A program made the position numbers and the translations under genes. A stretch of DNA of 64,000 bases from Dehalococcoidia bacterium. Lineage in GTDB: Bacteria > Chloroflexota > Dehalococcoidia > Plut-88900. The stretch spans positions 1,312,001 through 1,376,000 of the forward strand of contig OZ240219.1 in assembly GCA_965197645.1 (NCBI GenBank). The letters run 5' to 3'. The first letter of the stretch is position 1; each line of letters starts with the position of its first letter. Below the pieces are notes generated by a model that saw only the letters and a list, made by a program, of their open reading frames with translations, was not told the DNA's origin and ran no database searches. This document shows positions 1 to 9,773 of the stretch, piece by piece.

Positions 1-512
1 GCCCCTACCAACCCCGCCTTGCGGTTGCTCTCCAGCTCCCCTACCGCCTCCTCGATGTTGTCCACGTTTATCATGGCAACACCTTTCATCCGGCCGGGAT
101 AGGCGCCGCAGAACTCTGCCAGCCACTGGTTGTAGGTCTGGCACAGGACCGTCAGGAGCCGGCTATCGGGCACACCGTATATCAGCAGCCCCTCGGTGGG
201 GTAGATCACCTCCCCGTCGACGCCGTCCATGTCCAGGTCCGGTATCCGGTCATCGGGCAGGTAGCCACCGGCCCTTACGTCGTCCCATCGACCGTACATC
301 CTCAGGTCCTCGGGGCGGTCAAACCGGACGCCCGCCTGGGTGCCGCTCTGAAAGGAGTTGGTGCGGATGTCGCCGATGTACCACCAGTCGCCCTCCTCCT
401 CGGATACCACGCGGGGGGCCTGGTCCCTGTACTTAGCCTCTATCCGTTCGGTCCACAGGTCCGGTGGTTCAATGGCATGGGAATCCGATGAAATAATCTT
501 GTAGCCGGCCAT
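1..512 (-). CDS. Amidohydrolase family protein (partial, runs off the left edge)
   Basis: Manual translation from ATG at 512 gives MAGYKIISSDSHAIEPPDLW...DMDGVDGEVIYPT...YNQWLAEFC, with the Amidohydro_2 D-S-H motif. GGAGG RBS upstream. Not in the ORF track because it is truncated. Confidence 0.85.
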   Translation of the reverse strand, partial: MAGYKIISSDSHAIEPPDLWTERIEAKYRDQAPRVVSEEEGDWWYIGDIRTNSFQSGTQAGVRFDRPEDLRMYGRWDDVRAGGYLPDDRIPDLDMDGVDGEVIYPTEGLLIYGVPDSRLLTVLCQTYNQWLAEFCGAYPGRMKGVAMINVDNIEEAVGELESNRKAGLVG

Positions 513-538
513 AGCTCTGTCCTCCACACTGGGCGTAG

Positions 539-1420
539 TTACAGCCCTAGAATTCTCTCTGCATTGGTCCCCAGCATCCCTTCCTTCTCTTCTTGGGCCA
601 GTCCGGGGAGCCCCATGACTATATCGACGCTCCGGTCCATATCATACCAGGGAAAATCGGAGCCCAACATCACCCTCTCGGGTCCTATCCCCTTGATGAG
701 GGCGCCTAGCTGCTCGTAGGTGGGTGCGTTGGTGCCGCCGGTCCACTCCATGATCTCGCAGCAGTCGAAGTAGGCGTGAGGATAGGCCTGGGCCAGCTCC
801 AGCGTCTCCGTCCACGCTCCACCTCCCAGGTGGGCCAGCACCATGGTCAGGTCCGGGTAGTTCTCCAGCACCGGTGCATAGGCCTTGGGCGTTCCGAAGG
901 CGTTCCCCGTCCGTTCGGGCCCCGAGTGGGAGATTATCGGAATCCCCAGGTCCTGGCAGGTCTCGTAGGTGGGTGCCATTTTCGGGTCTCCCATCTCGAA
1001 CCCCTGCAACACGGGATGAAGCTTGACCCCTCGGGCCCCGTGGTTCTCGACCATGTCTCGAATGTGGGCCGCCATCTCATCGCCGGGCAGGATGAACGGG
1101 TCTGCGCTTATGTAAGCGATCAAGCCATCGTGGGGTGCCGCCAGATCGCAAGCCCACCTGTTGTAGGCCAATAGCTCCGCCGCCAGGTCCGCCCCCTTCG
1201 TCCGAGACTCGGACCCGAACAGATTGACCACCACGGCCTTGGAGATCCCCGCCTTGTCCATGGCGTCCAGGGCATCTTCCACGTCGCCATCGTACTTGCT
1301 GAACTTCATATCCGATTTCTGGCCGTATTCCCAGATCTCGTAGTTCTCTTTGCCGGAACGGCCCTCCTCCTTGGTAGCGCTGACGTGGATATGGGCATCG
1401 ATCAGGATGGGACTGGCCAC
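539..1420 (-). CDS. Amidohydrolase_2 family metal-dependent hydrolase
   Basis: IDAHIH, GVKLHP, AHLGG and GSDFPW motifs; GGAGGAG RBS before the GTG start. Confidence 0.9.
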   Translation of the reverse strand: MASPILIDAHIHVSATKEEGRSGKENYEIWEYGQKSDMKFSKYDGDVEDALDAMDKAGISKAVVVNLFGSESRTKGADLAAELLAYNRWACDLAAPHDGLIAYISADPFILPGDEMAAHIRDMVENHGARGVKLHPVLQGFEMGDPKMAPTYETCQDLGIPIISHSGPERTGNAFGTPKAYAPVLENYPDLTMVLAHLGGGAWTETLELAQAYPHAYFDCCEIMEWTGGTNAPTYEQLGALIKGIGPERVMLGSDFPWYDMDRSVDIVMGLPGLAQEEKEGMLGTNAERILGL

Positions 1421-1579
1421 GTTCTCCTCCTTCCGCCCGTAATCGCCGAACCGGTGATCGGTGCATGGGGTGAAACCATACTATCTTGAAGTCGATAATG
1501 TAGCAAGGCGATTGCCACCTTGAACCGGGTCTTTTATACTCGCAAACACTTGGCGACCCAGTCGATGCAGGTGAACGGA

Positions 1580-2356
1580 ATGACTCCGAAGCAGATAGAT
1601 CTCAGCGGCAAGATAGCGGCGGTAACCGGCTCGAGCCGGGGAATCGGTGCAGCCCTAGCCAAGGGACTGGCCGCCTACGGGGCCGTGGTATCGGTGCTCG
1701 ACCTACCCGAGGCGCAGAGCGACGCCCATTCGGTGGTTGCCGAGATCGGCGAGGCCGGAGGCGAGGCCCAGGCCCTGGAGTGCGACGTCCGCTACCCGGA
1801 CTCCATATACAGAGCCATAGCCGCCATCGTAGAAAAGTACGGCCGAATTGACATCATGTGCAACAACGCTGGAGTCGCCATGCGAGAGGAGGCCCTGCAG
1901 CTCACCAGGGAGCAGTGGGACTCGGTACACGACGTCAACCTGCGGGGGGTTTTCTTCGGCTGCCAGGCCGCCGCAAGGGAGATGATCAAGACGGGCGGCG
2001 GCGCGATAGTCAACACCGCCTCGGAGCTGGCCTTCGTCGTCTCTAGGATGGGCGGATCGACCGTCTACAACTCCAGCAAGGGCGGGGTGGTCAACCTCAC
2101 CCGTTCCCTGGCCGTCGAGTGGGCGCCCCACAATATCCGGGTCAACGGCCTTGCTCCCGGTCCCACCCGCACCGATATGATGAAGGGCACCTTGGAAAAG
2201 CCGGGCGGATACGAGGCCGCCATAGATAACGTGCCCATGGGCGATGTCATGGAGCCGGAGGACATGGTCGGCGCGGTGGCCTACCTGGCCAGCGATATGG
2301 CCCGCATGGTCACCGGCCATGTCATTCTCGTTGACGGCGGGCGCTCTCTGATCTGA
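1580..2356 (+). CDS. SDR family NAD(P)-dependent oxidoreductase (copy 1)
   Basis: TGSSRGIG, NNAG, YxxxK (YNSSK) and DGG motifs; start placed at MTPKQ by alignment with copy 2. Confidence 0.92.
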   Translation: MTPKQIDLSGKIAAVTGSSRGIGAALAKGLAAYGAVVSVLDLPEAQSDAHSVVAEIGEAGGEAQALECDVRYPDSIYRAIAAIVEKYGRIDIMCNNAGVAMREEALQLTREQWDSVHDVNLRGVFFGCQAAAREMIKTGGGAIVNTASELAFVVSRMGGSTVYNSSKGGVVNLTRSLAVEWAPHNIRVNGLAPGPTRTDMMKGTLEKPGGYEAAIDNVPMGDVMEPEDMVGAVAYLASDMARMVTGHVILVDGGRSLI

Positions 2357-2375
2357 TTGAACGGAAGGCGGACTC

Positions 2376-3152
2376 ATGCCTGGCAATCCGATTGACCTCA
2401 GCGGCAAGATAGCGGCGGTAACCGGGTCCAGCCGCGGGATCGGCGCTGCTCTTGCCCGGGGACTCGCTTCCTACGGTGCGGTAGTCAACATCCTCGATCT
2501 TCCCCAGACCCAGGAAGCCGCCCGGGCCGTAGTATCCGAAATCGGAGAGACCGGCGGCGTCGCCCAGGCCCTGGAATGCGATGTCCGGGATCCCGACTCC
2601 ATCTACAGGGCCATCGCCGCCGTGGTGGAGAAGTACGGCCGTATCGACATAATGTGCAACAACGCCGGCATCGGCGAGGGAGACTCCGCCCTGGAGATGA
2701 CTCCCGAGCAATGGGACTCGGTCCAGCACGTCAACCTGCGAGGGGTCTTCTTCGGCTGCCAGGCCGCCGCAAGGGAGATGATCAAGACGGGTGGGGGCGC
2801 GATAGTCAACACCGCCTCGGAGCTGGCCTTTGTGGTGCCCAAGACGGGTATTTCGGCGGTCTACAATGCAAGCAAGGGCGGGGTCGTCCGCTTGACCAAG
2901 TCCCTAGCGGTCGAGTGGGCGCCCCACAACATCCGGGTCAACGGGATTGCTCCGGGCCCCACCCGGACCGATATGCTCATGCCCTCGCTGGAAGACCCGG
3001 AGATATACGACGCTGAGGTCGGCATGGTACCCATGGGCGTCATCATGGAGCCCGGGGACATGGCCGATGCCGTGGCTTATCTCGTCAGCGACCTGGCCCG
3101 GATGGTGACCGGCCACATCGTGGTCATTGATGGCGGTAAATCGCTAATCTAG
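2376..3152 (+). CDS. SDR family NAD(P)-dependent oxidoreductase (copy 2)
   Basis: TGSSRGIG, NNAG, YNASK; near-collinear paralogue of 1580..2356. Confidence 0.92.
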   Translation: MPGNPIDLSGKIAAVTGSSRGIGAALARGLASYGAVVNILDLPQTQEAARAVVSEIGETGGVAQALECDVRDPDSIYRAIAAVVEKYGRIDIMCNNAGIGEGDSALEMTPEQWDSVQHVNLRGVFFGCQAAAREMIKTGGGAIVNTASELAFVVPKTGISAVYNASKGGVVRLTKSLAVEWAPHNIRVNGIAPGPTRTDMLMPSLEDPEIYDAEVGMVPMGVIMEPGDMADAVAYLVSDLARMVTGHIVVIDGGKSLI

Positions 3153-3199
3153 GCCTCGAGGGGTTGTCCTCTTACTGCGGGTGACGGATCCAGAGAATC

Positions 3200-3400
3200 C
3201 CCCAGATTCCTGGACAGAATCCGAATGACAGAGGCGTATCCGGGGAGTCCAGAGGGCTTCCCTCAGGCAGGGGGTATGGGGGATGTGCCCCCAACATACA
3301 AACTAATCATCCTAGGGCGGGTGGGAGGGAAAAGCCACGCGGGGGGGTGGGCAGGCCGGCGAAGAGGATTCCTCGGCGGACTCGGAATGACGGGGGGACG
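3200..3400. repeat. Cluster of REP-like palindromic elements
   Basis: Two GATTCC...GAATGAC units (about 3205-3230 and 3367-3392) plus a GGGGAGTCCAGAGGG...GGGGGATGTGCCCCC hairpin, between convergent genes. Confidence 0.5.
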
Positions 3401-3428
3401 CCCCTTATTACGGGTGCGGGCGCCCTCT

Positions 3429-4322
3429 TTACTTGTCCACGAAGAACTCGATGCGGAATCCGTCGGGGTCTTCCAGGAAGATGCTGCGTTTCCCCTCGTC
3501 GTCTTCACGCAATGCCGGACTAATGCCGGCCTTTTCCATCTCCGCTTCCGCCCTGTCCAAGTCCTCTTGGCCGGCCATCTCAAAGCTGAACTGGCGCAGC
3601 CCCTCTCCTTGTCCATCATCGACCTGAACGAGGGTCAGGTCCGGCAGCCCCAACGTGCCTCCCAGGACCACCGAGCCATCATCCCCGTTGCTTCCCACTA
3701 TGCTCAGCCCACCAACATCCTCGAAGAAACGGGTCATCATCTCCAGGTCCCGTACCCCGAAGGTTGCCCGCGCTACCCGTTCCGGCTGGAAGATGGCGCC
3801 GTCCACCCGCCGGATCTCAGGACTGACGGGATACATACCCTGGGGATGGGGAGCCGGGTCTCCGGGGTGCCACTCGGAGGTCATGTTGTCGAACCGCTGG
3901 GGGTCCATGACCACACGCCAGTCCGTCATGGCGTCGGCGTAGAACTCGTGGCCGTTGCCCTCGGGGTCGGAGAGGTAAATCCCGTAGGAGATCTGGTGGT
4001 AGGCCATGAAATCTATCTTCACTCCGGCCTCCCGCGCCCTTTCGTAGGCCTCCACCTGTTCCACCTGGTTCTCCAGCTCCCAGCCCAGGTGATTCAGGAC
4101 CGGCTCCTTCTCCATCACCCTGGCCTCGATGAGGGCCACGTCATGGTGAGTGTTGCCGTTGGATAGAAACCCCGCTTTGATATCCGGCTCCCAGCGCACA
4201 TGTTCGATCCCCAGGACCTGGTTGTAGAACTCCACCGAGCTCTGCAGGTTGCTGACGGTCAGGTTCACGTGACCCAGCCGCCGCGGCTTGAACTCGACGT
4301 TTGGGGACTGCTTACTGGTCAT
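3429..4322 (-). CDS. VOC family protein (catechol 2,3-dioxygenase/glyoxalase-like)
   Basis: RLGHVNL, HHDVAL, LNHLGW, YLSDPEGNGHE and DPDGFRIE; two VOC modules. Confidence 0.85.
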   Translation of the reverse strand: MTSKQSPNVEFKPRRLGHVNLTVSNLQSSVEFYNQVLGIEHVRWEPDIKAGFLSNGNTHHDVALIEARVMEKEPVLNHLGWELENQVEQVEAYERAREAGVKIDFMAYHQISYGIYLSDPEGNGHEFYADAMTDWRVVMDPQRFDNMTSEWHPGDPAPHPQGMYPVSPEIRRVDGAIFQPERVARATFGVRDLEMMTRFFEDVGGLSIVGSNGDDGSVVLGGTLGLPDLTLVQVDDGQGEGLRQFSFEMAGQEDLDRAEAEMEKAGISPALREDDEGKRSIFLEDPDGFRIEFFVDK

Positions 4323-4429
4323 GACTTCTCTCCCTCTAGGCTAGTGCTTCTACACGGTGCTGATGACTCTTCCTATCATCCCCTGGCGTTCTTCCTGACC
4401 AGGAAGGGAATCGAAATCGTATTCGACGG

Positions 4430-4505
4430 ACACCCCTTCGGCGGGCTCAGGGCAGGCTCTTGGACTCCCGGCAAAGGGGCGAAGCCCCTCTGTACACCCC
4501 ATCCC
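4430..4505. repeat. REP-like palindromes
   Basis: CCCTTCGGCGGGCTCAGGG and AGGGGCGAAGCCCCT hairpins in intergenic DNA. Confidence 0.45.
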
Positions 4506-4516
4506 GGATATCGCGT

Positions 4517-5656
4517 TTAGCTGTTCTTGAACACCTCGAGGGCGTTCTCCCCCACAACCATGTTCTGGTCATCCTCGGGCAGGAACCCGACCATGTCCTG
4601 CAGCGCTGATCGGGCCTCCAGTCCTATTGATCTAATGTGTGGGAAATCGGAGCCCCACATTACCTGGCTGGCGCCTATCTGGGGGATGGCGTGTTCGGCC
4701 ACGGTATCATCGATGAATCCGTGGAACACTTTGGTCCGCATGTAGTCGCTGGCCTTCATCTCGGTCTGGCCGAGGAAGAGCCGAGGGCCTATGTCTTCGA
4801 TCTGGTCCAGCCGGGCCATGAACCCCGGCACCCACGAAAGCTCGAACTCGCTGGAGACTACTTTCAGACCGGGGAAGCGGTCCAGTATCCCGCCGAAGAT
4901 GAAATCGTCGGCTAGGGTGAGCTGGATCTCGTTGAACATCTCTATCCACAGGCTGGGGTTTTCCGTCCGCTCCTCCTGAGTCTGGATGTTGGCGATGACC
5001 AGGGGATCGAGCTTCCGGCCGGTGAGGAGATGCAGGGTGACGGGGGCTTTCGCCTCGTTGGCGGCGGCCCAGAACGGATCGTAGATCGAGTTGCGATAGT
5101 GGGGCCGGTCGTCGGGCGCCTGGCAGTTGATCATCGGGCCGACGAGTCCCTTCTTGAGAGTCCTCTCCAACTCCTTTACCGCCCAATCGACGTCGTACAT
5201 CGGTATAACGCTGATGGGGATTAGCCTGTCCGGAGCGTGGGAGGCGAACTCGGCAACCCAGTCGTTGTAGACCTCGGAGCACCGCTGCACCACCTCGGTG
5301 TCCGGGTTCTTGAGGACCCCCAGCATGGTGGTGGGATTCATGACCTCGGCCTGGAGGCCGGCCTCCATCTGAAACTGCACCCTGACCGCCGGGTCCCAAC
5401 CGCCGTCCCCAAACCCTTTCTCCACCGCTTCCATGGCGGCGGCCTCGGTATCGGGGCTGTCCTCGTAGGACTCCCATACCGGCCAGTCCTTGTATCCCGA
5501 GTAGTAGAAGTTGCCCTTCTTACCCTGGTACTCGTCCAGCGATCGAGGCGTCCGGTCGCCCAGCTCATCTCCCAGGGCGTTCCACCACAGGTCCGGGGGC
5601 TCCATCACGTGGGAGTCCGCCGAAACTACCTGCTTGAACTGCTGCGAGTTTGCCAT
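4517..5656 (-). CDS. Amidohydrolase family protein
   Basis: SADSHVMEPPDLW, YNDWVAEF and WGSDFPH motifs. Confidence 0.9.
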   Translation of the reverse strand: MANSQQFKQVVSADSHVMEPPDLWWNALGDELGDRTPRSLDEYQGKKGNFYYSGYKDWPVWESYEDSPDTEAAAMEAVEKGFGDGGWDPAVRVQFQMEAGLQAEVMNPTTMLGVLKNPDTEVVQRCSEVYNDWVAEFASHAPDRLIPISVIPMYDVDWAVKELERTLKKGLVGPMINCQAPDDRPHYRNSIYDPFWAAANEAKAPVTLHLLTGRKLDPLVIANIQTQEERTENPSLWIEMFNEIQLTLADDFIFGGILDRFPGLKVVSSEFELSWVPGFMARLDQIEDIGPRLFLGQTEMKASDYMRTKVFHGFIDDTVAEHAIPQIGASQVMWGSDFPHIRSIGLEARSALQDMVGFLPEDDQNMVVGENALEVFKNS

Positions 5657-5715
5657 CTCACCCCTCCCTTTCTATTCAATCCATGCCGCACGTATGCATC
5701 AAGCCGTTACTACAG

Positions 5716-7005
5716 TCAGTCTTGCCGGAGTACGGGTTTCCCGGTCTGGGCCACCCGGCAGATCAGGTCCGCCGCCTTGCTGGTGCCCGGGTTGGCCCGG
5801 AGCTTTCGAGAGTACTCCTCCATCTCCTGACGAAGCTGTTTATTTGCCAGCAGGTCATCGATGGTGTCATGCAGCTCCGATTCGGTGAACTGGTAGGGAA
5901 ACATCCGTATTCCGTACCCCCGCTCGTGCACCCGCTGGGCGTTATCGTGCTGGTCCCAGAACAGCGACATCAGGATCATCGGCTTTCCGAAGTGGACCGT
6001 TTCGGTAACCGTATTGTTTCCTCCGTGGGTAATGACGAGGTCCACGTGGGGAATGACCGAAGGCTGGGGCAGAAACGGCTCGCCGTAGAAGTTGTCCGGC
6101 AGCTCCGTCCCCTGCGTACCGATGCCCAGACTTATTATAAACCTATGCTTGGAGTTTTTCAGCGCACCGATGAGCCGCTCCCTCAGCTCGGCCTCCAGCG
6201 AGCCCATGCTCCCCATGCTGACGTAGATCAGCGCGCCCCGATCTCCCAGCTCTCCGGGGACCCGAAACGAAGGACCTCCCTCGCGAACGCACGAGTCCAG
6301 CCGGTGGAAGGTGCGCGGCAGAGGCGTGGCCCTCCGGTAGTCCAGGATTTCGGGATAGAGGTACAGGTTCAGGTACTCGGACTGGAACATGAAGTCCAGG
6401 TCTCCGAGTGGGGAGCACCCGTGCTCCTGCAGGAAGGCGTTGAACCGATCGTGTATCGGTCCGATGACCCGGCGGTACTCGTCCATGAACGGCCCCCAGG
6501 TCTCGGGTTGGTTGGTAGGCAACCCGGAATAGGTTGGGGGCACGTTGACGTCTCGCATCTCCGTCGGGGTGCAGGAAACTATCCTGATGAAGGGGACTCC
6601 GGCGGTGTGGACTGCAGGATAAGCCACTACGTAGTCCTGGACTATAACGTCGGGCTCTAAACGAGGGAATATCTCTTCCAGCTGGTCCTGTATCGACGGC
6701 GGTTCGGCGGTCATTCCCGCCCAGAACGGTCCGGTAATGGTGGGGATTTGCTGGTGGCTGGTGTGGCTATAGAATGCACCCTGTTGTTCGGAAGCACCGT
6801 CGGCGGATTCTTCCTTCCCCTGTTCGAGGGGTCCCCTTATCGGCGCCACCTCGAAGCCCCGCCCCTCCAGATCCTCCCTGTAGTGCTCGTTTACCACGAA
6901 GATGACCCGCTGGCCCCGCTCCTTCACCCTGTTGGCTATGCCCACGCAGTTGAGGACCGGGCCGTAGATGGGTCCGGGAAAGAAGACTATGTTCTTCATG
7001 GCCAT
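5716..7005 (-). CDS. GT1 (MGT/UDP-glucuronosyltransferase-like) glycosyltransferase
   Basis: PSPG-like box FLPQPSVIPHVDLVITHGGNNTVTE...WDQHDNA; IYVSMGS. Confidence 0.88.
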   Translation of the reverse strand: MAMKNIVFFPGPIYGPVLNCVGIANRVKERGQRVIFVVNEHYREDLEGRGFEVAPIRGPLEQGKEESADGASEQQGAFYSHTSHQQIPTITGPFWAGMTAEPPSIQDQLEEIFPRLEPDVIVQDYVVAYPAVHTAGVPFIRIVSCTPTEMRDVNVPPTYSGLPTNQPETWGPFMDEYRRVIGPIHDRFNAFLQEHGCSPLGDLDFMFQSEYLNLYLYPEILDYRRATPLPRTFHRLDSCVREGGPSFRVPGELGDRGALIYVSMGSMGSLEAELRERLIGALKNSKHRFIISLGIGTQGTELPDNFYGEPFLPQPSVIPHVDLVITHGGNNTVTETVHFGKPMILMSLFWDQHDNAQRVHERGYGIRMFPYQFTESELHDTIDDLLANKQLRQEMEEYSRKLRANPGTSKAADLICRVAQTGKPVLRQD

Positions 7006-7017
7006 TGGCCGGGACTG

Positions 7018-7878
7018 TTACCAGCCCATCAGCTCGAAGGGGCGATTGTAGAGTATGTCGTTGATGATCTCGTCGGGGATGGGAGGCATCTTCACACCGT
7101 CGCCCCAGTCGTTGAAGTTGACGAACGCGTCCCGCGCTTCCTCCGTGGTAATCACCGGAAAATCGGAGCCGAACAGGATGCGGTCTTGCACCTTGTACTC
7201 TATCGCCACCTGGAGGCCGTTGTAGAGCTGCCACTTTCGATGGAGCCTGGCGGACAGGTCTGTCCAGATGTTCTTGTTCTTGCGCATCAGCATCACCGTC
7301 TCCTCCATCATCGGCTGGCCGAAGTGGGCAACGATGATCCTGAGATCGGGATAGGTCCGCCCCACCTTGTCCAGCGTTAGCGGATTTCCCCACTCCAGCG
7401 TGGCGCTGGGCGGGTAAGCGCCGCCCATGTGGAACATCACCACGCCGTTCAGCTCGTTGACCTTCTCGTAGAGGGCCCAGGCCTTGGGGTCCCACGGATC
7501 GAAGCCCTGGTAAACCGGCGACAGCTTCAAGCCGTGCAGACCCAGGTCCGTCATGCTCCTCTCCACCTCCTCGACGGCCCCTTCGTCGTTGGGGTGTACA
7601 CAACAGAGGCCCCTGGCCCGTCCAGGGTACTGGGAGATGTACTCCGATACGAAATCGTTGTTCCGTACGCGCTGTTCTCTCGTGCCGACGCCTGACGGCG
7701 GGGCGATGAGTAGGAACTTCTGGGCCACGCCGGCCACCTTCTCGCGATAGCCCTCGGGGCCGCCGCCCTCCGTGTTTCGTACGCCGTGTTTCTTCATCTC
7801 CTCCTTGGCGGCCTCCGAGACGGTCTCGGGAGCGAAGCAGTGGGTGTGCCAGTCTATCAGTGTGTTATCCGTCGTCAT
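7018..7878 (-). CDS. Amidohydrolase_2 family protein
   Basis: IDWHTH, GLKLSP, AHFGQP and FGSDFP motifs; GGAGG RBS upstream of ATG 7878. Confidence 0.9.
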   Translation of the reverse strand: MTTDNTLIDWHTHCFAPETVSEAAKEEMKKHGVRNTEGGGPEGYREKVAGVAQKFLLIAPPSGVGTREQRVRNNDFVSEYISQYPGRARGLCCVHPNDEGAVEEVERSMTDLGLHGLKLSPVYQGFDPWDPKAWALYEKVNELNGVVMFHMGGAYPPSATLEWGNPLTLDKVGRTYPDLRIIVAHFGQPMMEETVMLMRKNKNIWTDLSARLHRKWQLYNGLQVAIEYKVQDRILFGSDFPVITTEEARDAFVNFNDWGDGVKMPPIPDEIINDILYNRPFELMGW

Positions 7879-7966
7879 GGTATGTCCTCCCCGGTGTGGT
7901 AGATGGATAGCGGTCTGCAATGCGTGGTGGGAACTGTAGTTATTTAACTACTCCATTTCAGATTCA

Positions 7967-8788
7967 ATGTCAACAAGGGCTTCACCTATAATGGGCCTGC
8001 ATCATCTATCCTTCCTCTGGCCGGGGGGGTCAATGGAAGCCGGCAGCAAATGGGGCCGTCTCATGCGCCGCGACTGGGACGCCCGTGCTCGCAGCGACGC
8101 TTTTCACTACAGTACCTGGCGCCTCAAAGACGGCAGGTGGGACGAAAAATCCTACTTCGAGTCGGGAGAGCGGGACTACCGGCTGTGGGTCGAACCCGTC
8201 CTGGGACCCACCGACCTGCAGCCGAAAGACAGCGATATGCTGGAGCTGGGGTGCGGGATAGGCAGGATGACCAGGACCTTTGCCCGGCAGTTCAAATCCG
8301 TCTGCGCCATCGACGTATCACCCGAAATGCTGGCACGGGCCACGGACTATAATCGCCACTTAACCAACGTCACCTGGCAGGAGGGCAACGGTTTCGATCT
8401 TGCTCATCTGGACAGCGACCGGTTCGACTTCGCTTTCAGCTTCCTGGTGTTCCAGCACGTTCCTGAAGCTGAGATAATACTGGGCAATATCGGGGAGATG
8501 GTCCGGGTGCTTAAATCCAAGGGCCTGTTCCTGTTTCAGTACAACGGAGAGACTGAACCGCCTTATAGCCTGGCACAGAGGGTGGCGTGGGGCTTTCTGG
8601 ACCGGTGGCGAATCCCTATGGTCTCCCGGCTCATGGGCGCCGATATCCACGAGGCGGGAAAGACCTGGGCAGGGGCATCGCTCACCGTGGAGGAGGTCAC
8701 CCAGCGGGTACAAGCCCACGGCGGGACGGTACAGGGGAGCAAGGGAGCGGGGACTCCGGCCGCTTGGTGCTGGGGAGTGAAGGACTAG
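7967..8788 (+). CDS. Class I SAM-dependent methyltransferase
   Basis: Motif I LELGCGIGR, IDVSPEML, VFQH; start uncertain (possibly 8033). Confidence 0.85.
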   Translation: MSTRASPIMGLHHLSFLWPGGSMEAGSKWGRLMRRDWDARARSDAFHYSTWRLKDGRWDEKSYFESGERDYRLWVEPVLGPTDLQPKDSDMLELGCGIGRMTRTFARQFKSVCAIDVSPEMLARATDYNRHLTNVTWQEGNGFDLAHLDSDRFDFAFSFLVFQHVPEAEIILGNIGEMVRVLKSKGLFLFQYNGETEPPYSLAQRVAWGFLDRWRIPMVSRLMGADIHEAGKTWAGASLTVEEVTQRVQAHGGTVQGSKGAGTPAAWCWGVKD

Positions 8789-8873
8789 CCGAAAAGTCCC
8801 CCTGCCCCTTGAACTCTCCACCATCCTCTAATACTATTCGAGTGCGAGGCTATCCAAAGTAAGGAGGGGTTGT

Positions 8874-9728
8874 ATGGTTGGTAACGGAAGACCGCACGGG
8901 GACGACCTGGGCAACATAGTGATCCTGGAGCACGTAAACGTCACAGTCCCGGACCAAAGCTTGGCCACGACCTTTTACATCTCGGGGCTTGGCGGCACTA
9001 GGGACCCCTACCTGATGGTGGGGCTGGACAACATGTGGGTGAACCTGGGGGAGCAGCAGTTTCATCTCCCCACCAGCAACGCCCAGGTTATCCCGGGACA
9101 CGTCGGGCTCATAGTCCCGGACTTGGAGAATCTCAAGGCTCGTCTGGAGGAAGTAGAGGAGCCGCTGGCCGGCACCCGCTATAGCTGGTCGGAGAGCGAT
9201 GGGTGTATGGAGGTAACCGGGCCTTGGGGCAACAACTTCCGATGCTACGAACCCGCCCCCGAGTACGGAGACAATCACCTGGGAGTGCCTTACGTGGAGT
9301 TTTTAGCCCGGCCGGGGACCGCCGAGGGAATAGCCGCCTTCTATGAGCAGGTGCTTGGTGCGCCTTCGTCGGTCAGCGGCGAGAACGGCGGCAAAACGGC
9401 CGAGATACAGGTCGGCAAGTCCCAGCGTCTGGTCTTCAGAGAGACGGACGACGGCGCCGGGGAGTACGACGGCCACCACATCGCCATCTACGTGGCCAAC
9501 ATATCCAACTCCTACAGCTCGTTGGAGGAGAAGGGCCTGATTACCGAAGAGTTCGACGCCCACCAGTACCGGTTCCAGGAGATTGTGGACCCGGAAAGCG
9601 GCGAAAAGCTGCATACGTTGGAACACGAGGTACGGAGCATGTTCCACCCCATGTATGGCCGCAACCTGGTGAACCGGGACTCAGGTCAGAACCTCATGGC
9701 CTACCGGAAGGGGCGGGACGCCCTTTAA
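8874..9728 (+). CDS. VOC/glyoxalase-fold protein
   Basis: LEHVNVTVPD, QFHLP, GHVGL and HHIAIY motifs; AAGGAGG RBS. Confidence 0.7.
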   Translation: MVGNGRPHGDDLGNIVILEHVNVTVPDQSLATTFYISGLGGTRDPYLMVGLDNMWVNLGEQQFHLPTSNAQVIPGHVGLIVPDLENLKARLEEVEEPLAGTRYSWSESDGCMEVTGPWGNNFRCYEPAPEYGDNHLGVPYVEFLARPGTAEGIAAFYEQVLGAPSSVSGENGGKTAEIQVGKSQRLVFRETDDGAGEYDGHHIAIYVANISNSYSSLEEKGLITEEFDAHQYRFQEIVDPESGEKLHTLEHEVRSMFHPMYGRNLVNRDSGQNLMAYRKGRDAL

Positions 9729-9773
9729 TAGGGCCGGAAGTCCTTCTTCCGGCATCAGCGGAGGTCAACCTTC

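Noticed and set aside
3225-4166. 313-aa plus-strand ORF
   Set aside because: Antisense to the VOC gene and begins in REP-like DNA
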